A stretch of 64,000 nt of DNA from Balanoglossus misakiensis (Eukaryota; Animalia; Hemichordata), in the NCBI GenBank assembly GCA_040954595.2, contig CM082578.2:6433519-6497518 (forward strand), given 5' to 3'. The notes under the pieces were generated by a model. That model made no database searches, had not been told where the DNA came from, and saw only the letters and a program-made list of their open reading frames with translations. This document shows positions 40,554 through 51,272 of the stretch, piece after piece (within the stretch, counting starts at the first letter, position 1; each line of letters opens with the position of its first letter). The position numbers and the translations under genes are program-made.

Positions 40554-41274
40554 TTTTACTGCCATGCTCTAGCTATTTCCAGGTACAGGAGGGCTTTATT
40601 TACATATCACTGTTAGGTCAGAGCTAAATTGTCCTTCCTGGACTAGAAACTGAAAGAATACATGTATCTTAAGGTTTCTTAAGATTTGTATTTCTTTTGA
40701 TAATATCATGAATTTGTTGTCACACTGTAACTTTGCCATATAAATTCATGGCTGCTGGCCGACTAATACCACGAATTTGCCGAGTTTTGTCTCAGTCAAA
40801 ATTGGAGCCGTGGCTGCATTCTGGGCAGGTGACGTTACTTCCACCTTTACTGGGGTTTGAAACTTTGAATGCTCGAATAGCATCCGTGAAACTTAGCCAG
40901 CAGAAATTCCTCGTTGAGTATCAGAGAGAGAAGGTACCTCTTGACGTGGAGGGTCTGGGTTTGATTCCGAGCGCATGCCTTTGCAGGTTTTTTTGCACGT
41001 AAAAGACACCCAAATTTGATCGAAGTCAAGTAATACACTGACATGTTTAAAGCCACAGTTTCTAACAAAAGATGTGTGGATATCAAGTCATCAACACAGT
41101 TTCTAACATAGAAAGAAACAAAAGATCGTCACATGTTTTTGATGAGACAATGGGTTATGGAAAATGAATGCATGGTATGAACAATGGGCACGAGGCAAAC
41201 AGAGTTTTGAATATGAATATGTCCCTGTGCTATGTATTTGACAATTACATTCTTTTTCAGATAAATACTTCAAA

Positions 41275-42475
41275 ATGACTACTGTATTCCTGGCTGAAAG
41301 GTGGTGTCGTTTTAAGGACACAATATCTGCCCTCAACTGTCAACTTGCAAGCAGTGTAGCGAAAGACAGACAACATAAAACATGCTGTGTTGTTTTGGAG
41401 GCAAGTGATGCAGAAAGGAAAGATGCAGCTGATTGTGGAGTTGAGCTGATACTTCCATGTATAAGAGAGAATGTGATTCAGAGATACAAGAATGACCCAC
41501 CAATTCCAGATTGGTTTCTTTCACCAGAGACATTCTTCGCAAATCTCACAAAGTTACAGAATGTGAAGTATATTGTGGAACATGTCCAGTCCTCAACTAA
41601 ATTGCTGGTGGCAGATGTCTTCAGAGATAGATATCGTCATTTCAGAGATGCCAACATTGTACTGATAAATCATGGTACCACATCCAATAACATAAACAAA
41701 GACCACTTGAAATTTGCTGAAGTAGCATTTGCAGTTTTCTCTGTTGGACCAGACATGTTTGAACATTACAAGAAACTCTATGAAGCAACAGAAATTCCAG
41801 TAAGACATGAATTGTATCTTCCAAGACCAGAAAAAGAATTCTTTGATCTTAATGTGGACCAAATACAGAGAAAAAGTGACTTGAAACATATCCTGACTGT
41901 GATAACTGATGAAGATTTGGAATCCACACGATATAAAACACTGGCAGCTGGAGTTGGAAAAACAGCTGGCACATTCAACGAGATGCAAATGACGGTTCCA
42001 TTGTGGTGTGTTAGTAATCCATCAAAAGATGATCTTCATCGCACAAGAGACATTTTAACAAAGAACTTAAAGTGTAGTTTTTTGTTACCAAACACTAATC
42101 CCCCATATGGCTCTCAAGATGATATTTACAGTGATTTACTTCAGAGTAATGTCTGTATTATACCACCTGATGAGCCATTTAGGATGGAGGGATTACGATC
42201 CATTGCTGCAGGACTACCTGTGTTAGTTCCGGAAAGAACTGCCTTAGCAGCATTTATGAACACGTGCTTTGACCATGAAGCAAAGTACTTCCTGTATGAC
42301 CCTTCTGTTGATGGGGATTTATCCAAACAGATCAATAAGATGTTGAACACAACACATGCAATACCCACGGCAACACGTTTGAAGAATATGTATCTCCGTC
42401 ACACACAGATTACCAACAGTCATGAAAAGTTCAGGTCTTGTTTCACGGAAGTTCAGAGTGCACAGGCTGGACAAA
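41275..42475 (+). CDS. NLR-like gene coding exon 1: GT4 (GT-B fold, GT4-conflict-like) glycosyltransferase domain, catalytic motifs degenerate
   Basis: Acceptor at 41260, ATG 41275, phase-1 donor A/GTAAGT at 42476. Motifs ERW..KDTISALNCQLA, DAADCGVEL, P..DWF..PE.FF..L, AVFSVGP, CIIPPDEPFRMEGLRSIAAGLPVLV match the pattern of animal GT4 domains fused to NLRs. Confidence 0.85.
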
Positions 42476-43282
42476 GTAAGTATCTTTCCTTTATCAATAC
42501 CTGCACACACAATACCAAAACAAATGGTCAAGTACAGCAATACAGGAACGTTGTATTAACACACAAACTTTCTGTAAATGTTCATGAATGAAACCGCAGT
42601 GACTCATGGAACAGTGAATGTAGAGTTTTGTAATATGTAACATTGGACACATATTTTTGTCATCCTGTCAGTGCTAGTGTCATATAAGGCTTTCTCCTTT
42701 GTGAGAGTTTGTGATTGATTAATCCCACACAATATATCCCACACTCCCATTGGCTACTAGAGGGGCGTGAGAAAAGTCGTTCACCCACTAAGGCAGTTAT
42801 AAAAATTGAAAATGAAAAGAAACTAAAAAAATTGAGTTTTATATCCAGGATGGCTATTACGGAATTAGAACACTGCCATAGGAGAAGACTAGGTCATCTT
42901 GCGAAATGATCTATTGAAAAATGAAAACTGGTTGAAATACGTCATACTTTTGAATTGATAACTGAGCTTAAAATAATTTTAAATAGCAACATCATAATCC
43001 AGCAAAATGTCATTGAAGTTAAAAGTGATGCTGAAGCATTTTTCTCTGTCTCTACTGTACAAAACAAATATTGTAGATGATTTATGATGTGACAGTTAAG
43101 TATTTTTAAACTTATAAATACAGGTAGGTTAATGCAGGCCATTGATTGAAAACTGCAGAAGAGAAAAACTAACTACAGAAACAAAACATGGCAACTAGTT
43201 TCCTCTAACATTGTAAATCTTCATTATCCCAGACTTCTGTGTGGGAATTTTAGTCATAAAACATTTTTGCCATCTGTTATAG

Positions 43283-43399
43283 CTCCAGCACCCCAATCCT
43301 CAGAGCGAAGTGGAAAGAGTCATTCAACTCATGAAGGTATATCAACTATTGAAAATGGCCAGCCTTGCCAGTCACCCTCATCCAAACCACCAAACCTTG
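43283..43399 (+). CDS. NLR-like gene coding exon 2 (117 nt, Pro/Ser linker PAPQSSERSGKSHSTHEG...)
   Basis: TTATAG acceptor, G/GTAATG donor, open phase 1-1 frame, homologous to the next exon. Confidence 0.7.
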
Positions 43400-44025
43400 G
43401 TAATGTAGAGTAAAAGCGATTAAGCTTTAACTTTGACTTTTATGAAGAGGTTTACAAAGCCCCAATAGATGCCAATTTCTGAATTATTTTCATGATTTTT
43501 GTTTTGAACTTGAAATGGTCCATTTAAGTTAGTTAGCTGGTGGATATACAAAAAAAATAGTATCAACCTCTAATTGTGGCTGTACATTGACATGTGAGTA
43601 CTGAGTAAGTTAAATAATAATCAGGTGCCACTCCCGTTTTTTCAACTGCCCAATGAAAGAGTTCACAGCTGTAGTCATATGCACAAATTAGTGTTAAAAT
43701 CCCCATGATAAATTAAAAATAGCGTCATTTGTCGACAATAGATAAGGAGAAAGTATTTTTCAAATAAAAATATGAAAAAAGTGGCAACTGTTTGGGCTTT
43801 AATTGACACTTGTCAATGTATGATTCAGGTGACAACCATACAAATGATAACTTCAAATTGATAATATTGCCAAATGTTTTAATGTCCAGACTTCCAGATT
43901 TAAAATGTTTAATAATAACAATCCCAATTGTTTGCATATGAACTTTATTGAAAAAGTTTCTAATTGGGCATTATCGTCATGATCAGTGCAAGTGTCACTC
44001 ACTAAACTTTACTTTATGTTTACAG

Positions 44026-44139
44026 TTATAAGTCCCCAATTACCAGCCTGTAGTGGAAAGAAGCCTTCAACTGATGAAGGTGTAGGAGGTTTTGATGCCT
44101 ATCCTTCGCAATCACTCTCACCTCAGCCACAGAACCCTG
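44026..44139 (+). CDS. NLR-like gene coding exon 3 (114 nt, linker ISPQLPACSGKKPSTDEG...)
   Basis: TTTACAG acceptor, G/GTAAGT donor, open phase 1-1 frame. Confidence 0.75.
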
Positions 44140-44839
44140 GTAAGTAGAGTTTGATTACTTACATGTAGTTTAATATACCTGTAGTACTGAATGTATGAAA
44201 TACTGTAACCAGGAAATTTCTGCGAACAATAAATCTTTCTTAAATGTGAAGATAAAACAGTCATGATAAATAAGTTTTCAAGAACATGCAACGATACAGT
44301 TAGTGAAAAAGGAGAACGCCTAAATTAATCTTCACAATATAGTCACCGCTGTTGATATCATGAACATTTCTTGTTGTGAACATTTTCCAGTTTGTAGTAC
44401 TTGTACCTTCCAGCAGTTTTCGTCGAACTGCCATAATACAGAATTATTTAGAGAAAGTAACATTTGCATTGGCTTGTGACATTTGGTGTTTCTGTTTTCT
44501 GTACTGTCAACCAACAACCTGCACTTTCATTTAGAAAAATAGCTACACTTCAAGTAAATATAAGTAAACAAAAGCATATTAGGCATAAGCAGTCTGAGTT
44601 TACAAGCCAATTACTAGACATTTCTGTATACGTAACAAAGTTGATCAAGAAAGTGTTGCAGTGTTACAATGTATTGTGTTTTCCAGGGGATATTTTGTTC
44701 AGGTGATTATGGGAGAAATAAATTGAGACACTCATGAATTCATTAAGTCATGAAACTTATTTTATAGTACAATGTATATGCAACTATAAGTTCCTGTACG
44801 CACAGAACATTAACCAGAAAAGTGTGCGCACCCGTCTTT

Positions 44840-45350
44840 TTCCCATAGGATTACATTGATAATCGCTAGAAAACAAACTTCTACTATTGTCATTTTCACG
44901 AAATTTCACACAAAGCTCAGTCCAGTAAATATAAATTCATTGGTCGAATAAAATATAGGGGTAACTGCACTCTATTTTGAGATAAATTGCGTTTAAAATT
45001 TTGCCCATAGACAAACCATTGGTGAAAAATGCTGAGTCAGCAGTTTTCTTCTATTATCGATTAAATTCAAAGCTCCATATTCCAAAAACAAGCACGGTGA
45101 CCCCTACATTTTATTATGGATTTTCATTATACATTCAAAGGAGAATCCTTAAATCCGCCATTAAAAAAATGACAGTACTTTCAAGTTTACTGAACGTACA
45201 TCCTTAATGATGTATGAATGATCGGTGAAATTGAAAGTATTGTCATTTCTTTTAAGTTTGGATTTTCGGATTTGGTTGATAATTGAAGAAAATGCTGACT
45301 CAGCATTGTTTCATATATGGTTTGTCTATGGACAAAACATTTAACGAAGT
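44840..45350. mobile_element. Intronic TIR-element remnant
   Basis: CCATAGACAAACCAT..AAAAATGCTGAGTCAGCA (about 45005-45042) inverted at about 45292-45331; same family as 17280-17525. Confidence 0.6.
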
Positions 45351-45506
45351 TTACCATAAAATCTTATATGACAGATGAATGTAATCAAATGGACAAAAAG
45401 ACAAATGCACACACATTTATCCTAAATACCCATATGACATGCGAACAAAATGTAAAAATTTTAAACAAATACTTCTTAAAAAGCTTTTGTGTATTATCTC
45501 TTACAG

Positions 45507-45590
45507 GCAGTCCAGAATGTGCAGCTGTTTCAAATAATATTGAAACTCATAAATCAAAATTGGTACAGCGGAAATGGCCACTGATGCCAA
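45507..45590 (+). CDS. NLR-like gene coding exon 4 (84 nt, SPECAAVSNNIETHKSKLVQRKWPLMP)
   Basis: CTCTTACAG acceptor, A/GTAAGT donor, open phase 1-1 frame. Confidence 0.65.
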
Positions 45591-46217
45591 GTAAGTTATG
45601 TTTCCTGCAGTTTTGTGGTGTGCTGTTTTGTGATTTCACTATATTTTATGCACAATCTATTTTCACAGTAAATAAATGAACTTACTGTGAGCTCTGATGG
45701 AGTATATAAACAGTATTTAAACAGCCCAGTTATTGAGACCCTGCAACGATATGTCTTCCTAAGAGACTGCAAATGTCAATCACATTGTCACAAACATGAG
45801 CTTTATACTCTAACTATTAAATCCAAACTGACTGCTAGATTAAGGAAATGTCAATGGCCGTTTTGTATGTCCAGAAAGTAACTGTATGTCTGATATTATC
45901 CCAAGGCATAATTGCAGTTGTTCCAGCATCTCAAAACACACACAAGATAACGAGCTTTGCTGTTAACATCAACTGAATTAATCATCTGTATTGATATTTC
46001 AGTTCATGGCTGTTTTCTAAGGATGAAATTATATACTAAACTTTGTGCAGAAAAAAAGTACATGTTATTTGATCAAGTGTTCTTCATTTGTAGCAGCATG
46101 ACCAATTCAGCTATTCATGCATTGTAGCAAAATGTTTTCTCAGCAAAATTGGTCACTGGGCAATTTAATATTTCTGCTGTAATTCTTCTAGTGTTCCATT
46201 ATTTATTCAATCTGTAG

Positions 46218-46925
46218 CTCTTGGCTGTGGAGTCAGTCTGGAGTTTGAAGAAAAGGAGATAAAAATGAAGATGGAGCATGAAACACAACACAAAAGGATG
46301 GAGCATGAAACACAGCACAAAAGGATGGAGCATGAAACACAACACAAAAGGATGAAGCATGAAATAGAACACAAAAGGATGGAGCATGAAACACAACACA
46401 AAAGGATGAAGCATGAAATAGAACACAAAAGGATAGAGCATGAAACACAACACAAAAGGATGGAGCATGAAACACAACACAAAAGGATGGAGCATGAAGC
46501 CAAACTCAAAATGAAGGAGCTTGAACTGAAACATGAGCTCGAAAAGGAGAAGCTCAAGCAGTACGACAAGGAAAAGGAAAAGTTGCTGAAAGAAATAACA
46601 GAAATTTATGAATTTCAGAAAAAGAAAATTATGGCTAGAGATGATCCAGATGTGATAGAACAGTTAGATAGAGCCTTTGAGACATACAAAGCAAGATTTG
46701 ATGGAGTTTTTCTGAGCTCTTTAGTGTTCTTACTGAGTTTTCTTTCAGAGAAGGACATTGATTATTTCTGGCAGAAATACAATTCTGGAGAAGTTCAGGA
46801 AATGCTGAGTGGTATCCTAATAACGTCCGAGATGAGATCCCTAGCAGAGAAAGCTGGATGTGTTATCAGAATCAGAATGAAGATAGACGAAGAGGAGTAT
46901 GAGACTGTCAAACGGATACTGCATG
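46218..46925 (+). CDS. NLR-like gene coding exon 5 (708 nt): His-rich 9-aa repeat and charged helix, then TRADD-N-like domain
   Basis: TCTGTAG acceptor, G/GTAAGT donor, phase 1-1. (MEHETQHKR)n followed by SSLVFLLSFLSEKDIDYFWQKYNSGEVQEMLSGILIT...IRMKIDEEEY, fitting the GSL.f.....l..lW..y.SG.l...L pattern of TRADD-N-like domains. Confidence 0.85.
46271..46498 (+). repeat. Coding 27-bp minisatellite, 8 full units plus a partial (ATGGAGCATGAAACACAACACAAAAGG)
   Basis: Directly visible; variants MEHETQHKR, MKHEIEHKR, IEHETQHKR. Confidence 0.95.
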
Positions 46926-47340
46926 GTAAGTATTTAAGGCTTTGATCGCCATTAACTTCTCTTGCAATTTTGACAATGTCTGAAAAAGTTAAATCACTAA
47001 AACTGTGATTTGAATGAAATGCGTTCTTGAATAGAACTTTTCTAGAAGGCCAGCCAAACAACAAATGTGTATATTTTGTGTTACTGGTTAAATTTAGTAT
47101 ATTTTATATAGTGTAAATCGAATTCCCTGAAACTACTGGTCTGATTACTTTTATAATTTGGTATTCATGTTCCAAGGGGTGACCTCAGTAAAGTATGTTC
47201 AAATTGTGATTTTTGCATATTTGTAGTTTAAGGGCAATTTTCCGTTTTTTGGTAAAACATTGCAGAATCTGCTTGTCTATTTGCCTTGAAATTTGGGGAC
47301 ACACACCAGCTAAAAACAATACATATTTTTGTTTTATCAG

Positions 47341-50300
47341 ATATGACTGCTGTCTACACCATCCCTGAGAAGACCTGGGCGAGAACAGCTGCATGTGACG
47401 AATGGGAGAGATATGTATTAGATCATGTCGAAGAGAATCAACAAGCTAAGTATTTGATACAGCAGTCAAGATTTCACCCAATTGCAGCTGAACTGAGATC
47501 AGAAGAATTTTTCTTTCCTTCACTTGTATCCTACTGGTATGAGAATCGTTACACTTTACCATCAACTGTGACAGAAGCAACTGAATATGCAATTAAACAC
47601 AATGTAGAGATGTACTGTAGGGAACATCAACTTGAGATAGAGAATGTCTTTGATGTAGTGCAGGACAGGCTTTATGAAATTGGAGAGCGAGCATTTCAAG
47701 ACATGATGAAAAACAGAACTGTGAGTCTTGCGTTTGATGCTTCTTGTGATGAGAATTGTTTATTTGGTTTGTTGATGACCCATCCATGTGATTCTGACAG
47801 TGAATCTTTTGTTGATGTAACAAGTGATGATTATGAGAGTGATGATTGTAGTGTGGTACTGAAAACACCTAAATATCTTTTTGTAAATCAGTATTTGCAC
47901 TTTTACGCAGTTGCCTTGTATGTCAGCAAAACCAAACACATATTTCTCAAACAACATGTAGTTGAAATGCTGGTAGAGTTCATGCCGTTAGCTCTACATT
48001 ATGTAGCTGGTATCCTTCATGAGAATGCAACATTTTTCTTTATAGTACTCACAAACTATATTATGAAGAAATGCCAAGTGACATATGAATATTTTGTGCA
48101 AATTGGGTGTTGTCTTCTTGAATCAAAATGTCCAGAGAAGTTTACAAGCATTGTTCAACAGTTGTTAAAACCCCAAACATTGGAACTGTCGGAATATGAT
48201 TTAAATAGAGTTTCTCTCCAAAGTTTGGCAGCAACGTCTTTTATTATAGAGAACACTTCTGTTGTTCAAAATATCAATTTAACAAGTCATAAAGAAATGG
48301 CAGACCTTTCAGAAGTGTTCAACAAAGACCTAAAGAACATTATTGAAAGTCCATCACCTTCTGTCAAATTTCATGTTAAAAACACAACTGAGTTGACTTT
48401 GGTCGCTAGATATATCACATTCCACAGGCTTTTAATGGCTCACACACATAAATCTGTCAGAGGACACAGTCATGTTAGTCTGCGATGTGTGACTATTGAA
48501 GCAGTCGATGACAACTTTCAGGATGTACTGTCGATAGATCATAAAACAACACAGGCACTTGTCAAAGCACTTGGATCACTGCCTCTGTTGGAATCACTCC
48601 ATATCACTGGATTTAATGAATTATTTATCACAAAGTTTTTCGAAATGGTGTTAAATGAAAATGTGTCATTAAAATTGAGGAATTTGAGGTTGCCACATAA
48701 TAATTTAGAATTTACTTTTATTAACACACTTTTAAGAGGTGTCCAATATTTTCCATTTCTGGAGGATATAGATGTCTCGAACAACAAGTTAGGTTCCCTT
48801 GGGTGTGTAGCATTGTTACCATTGGCTGGGGAATTCAATGTTCTGTTGGAGAATAATGGGATGGAAGAAAGCCTTGTAAGGTTGTTAGAGTGTGAACAGA
48901 TTGCTAACCAGGTTGGAGATTTCAAATCATATGTGACACATTTCAAAACTATTGGTGACATTGTCAGTTTGCAGAAGAAAGCAAACTGTGTAGAACAATT
49001 GTGTGTTTCAAGTTTATCTTCTGACATTACTTACTTGCTATGTTTAAATTTGGGTTTATTCAAGAACTTAAAACATTTGGATATTACTGATTGTGGTTTC
49101 ACTACTGATAATTCTCAAGTAGTTGCTGACTGTTTTGAGCAGATGCTGTCTTTGAGACATTTAGATGTCAGTTCAAATAATGTAGGGGATGATGGCATTA
49201 AGTATATTTGTAGTAAAATATATACACTGCAAAATCTTACACACATTAATTTTAGTAACACTGGTGTCACTCAAAAAAGTGCTAAAGTTGTTGCTGACAG
49301 TTTCAAGCATCTGTTGTCTCTGAGACATTTAGATGTCAGTTCAAATAATGTTGGGGATGATGGCATTAAGTATATTTGTAGTAAACTATTTACACTGAAA
49401 AACCTTACACACATTAATTTTAGTAACACTGGTGTCACTCAAAAAAGTGCTAAAGTTGTTGCTGACAGTTTCAAGCATCTGTTGTCTCTGAGACATTTAG
49501 ACGTTAGTTCAAATAACATAGGAGATGATGGCATTAAGTATATAGGTGGGAAACTGTATACACTGCAAAATCTCACCCATGTTAATTTTAGTTACACTGG
49601 TATCAGTTTGAGAGGTATTGTTGGTTTGTTGAACATTGTGAACCAGAATCAACGACAAATTGTCAATGTCGCAAACAATGACATGACAGGCCTTGAGTAC
49701 ATTCAACCACACATTCCACAGGTACTCATGCAGACATTCCTCCATAATGTCAATTTTAATGATGACGTTCTTACTTTAGATAATTTTGTTTTTATCAAGG
49801 CATGTGAAAGTGTGAAAGTAAGTAAACAATGGAGAAAGGCTGAATTTGAAAACTTTTGTTATGGATTAAGTATGCTACCATACATTCGCACTCTGAATCT
49901 TAGTGATTGTCATTTTGGAGATGATGGTGCAGAGAACTTAAGTAAAGTGATGGAGAATATGACTGAGCTAAGACACCTGAATCTTAGTCATAATAACATT
50001 GGAGATGTTGGTGCAGATAGTTTAAGTAAAGGGATGGGGAATATGACTGAGTTGAGACACCTGGATCTTAGTCATAATAACATTGGACAGATTGGTGCAG
50101 AGAGTTTAAATAAAGGGATGAAGGATATTATTGGGCTGTTGCACCTTGATCTCAGTCATAATTCCATTTGCGATGTTGGTGCAACAAGTTTAAAAGTATT
50201 GGAGAATATGAATTGGCTGAGACGACTGGATCTTAGTCATAATAACATTGGACAGATTGGTGCAGAGAGTTTAAGTAAAGGGGTGGGGAATATGAATTTG

Positions 50301-51272
50301 TTGAACCACCTGGATCTTAGTCACAATACCATTGGAGATGTTGGTGCAAGGATCTTAAGTAATGGGATGAAGAATTTGGCTGAGCTGAGACATCTGGATC
50401 TTAGTCATAATTGCATTGGAGATGTTGGTGTAGATAGTTTAGGTGAAGTCATGGAGAATATGACTGAGCTATGGCACCTGGATCTTAGTCATAATACCAT
50501 TTGCGATGTTGGAGAGAGTTTAAGTAAAGGAATGGAGAATACGACTTGCCTGAGACACCTGGATCTCAGTTATAATTCCATTGGAGATGTTGGTGTAGAG
50601 AATTTAAGGAAAGGGATAAAGAATACGACTTTGCTTGGACACCTGGATCTAAGTCATAATAACATTAAAAAGAATGGTGCAAAGATTTTAAGTAAAATGA
50701 TGAAGAATATTACTGGGCTGTGGCACCTAGATCTTAGTCATAATAATATTAGAAATGCTGGAGCAGAGAGTTTAAGTAAAGAGATGGAGAATATAACTAA
50801 GCTGTTGCGCCTTGATCTTAGTCATAATAAAATAGGAGATGAGGGTGTAGAGAGTTTAAGTGAAGGGATCGAGAATATGACTGATCTGAAACATCTGGAT
50901 CTTAGTCATAATTATATTGGTGATGTTGGTGTAGAGAGTTTACGTATAGGGATGGAGAATATGACTGGGCTGGAACACCTTGATCTTAGTCATAATAACA
51001 TTGGAGATGTTGGTGCAGTGAATTTAAGTGAATGGATTGAAAATATGGCTGAACGGAGACCACTGAAACTTAGTCATTATAAGATTGATGATGTTGGTGA
51101 AATCTGTTTAAAACACCTGGATCTTAGTCATAATAACATTGGCGATCTTGGACTTGGTGCGATGAGTTTACGCAAACTAATGGAGAATGTGATTGGGCTG
51201 AGACACCTAGATCTCAGCCATAACACTGGAGATGTTAGTCTGTTGCAGGAATTTTTTCCAGGCCATATCTGA
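47341..51272 (+). CDS. NLR-like gene last coding exon: NACHT-associated HD1/winged-helix/HD2-like region (no NTPase core) plus RI-like LRRs
   Basis: TTTTGTTTTATCAG acceptor joins in frame (G+AT = Asp). LPSTVTE, LYEIGERAF, FGLL, YLFVNQYLHFYAVALYV, LHYVAGIL parallel NLR motifs LP.T.TE, L..LG.LA, GLL, Y.F.H...QEY.AA.Y, FVAGLL. More than 20 LxxLxLSxNxIGxxG repeats; stop TGA at 51272. Confidence 0.92.

Noticed and set aside
41941-41964. LAAGVGKT resembling a NACHT Walker A motif
   Set aside because: It lacks the first Gly/Ala of GxxxxGKT, has no preceding hydrophobic strand or following Walker B, and falls in the helix expected in the GT4 C-terminal lobe.
46199-46569. Hydrophobic or Cys-rich repeat ORFs on the minus strand
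   Set aside because: Antisense readings of the 27-bp coding repeat; the plus frame has splice sites and a downstream domain.
47286-47340. ORF-track start MKFGDTHQ... of the 1328-aa ORF
   Set aside because: Non-ATG start inside an intron; a polypyrimidine tract and AG at 47340 mark the exon start. The same applies to the ORF tail 42476-42591, and to the start 62601-62627 and tail 63371-63428 of the fucosyltransferase-like ORF.
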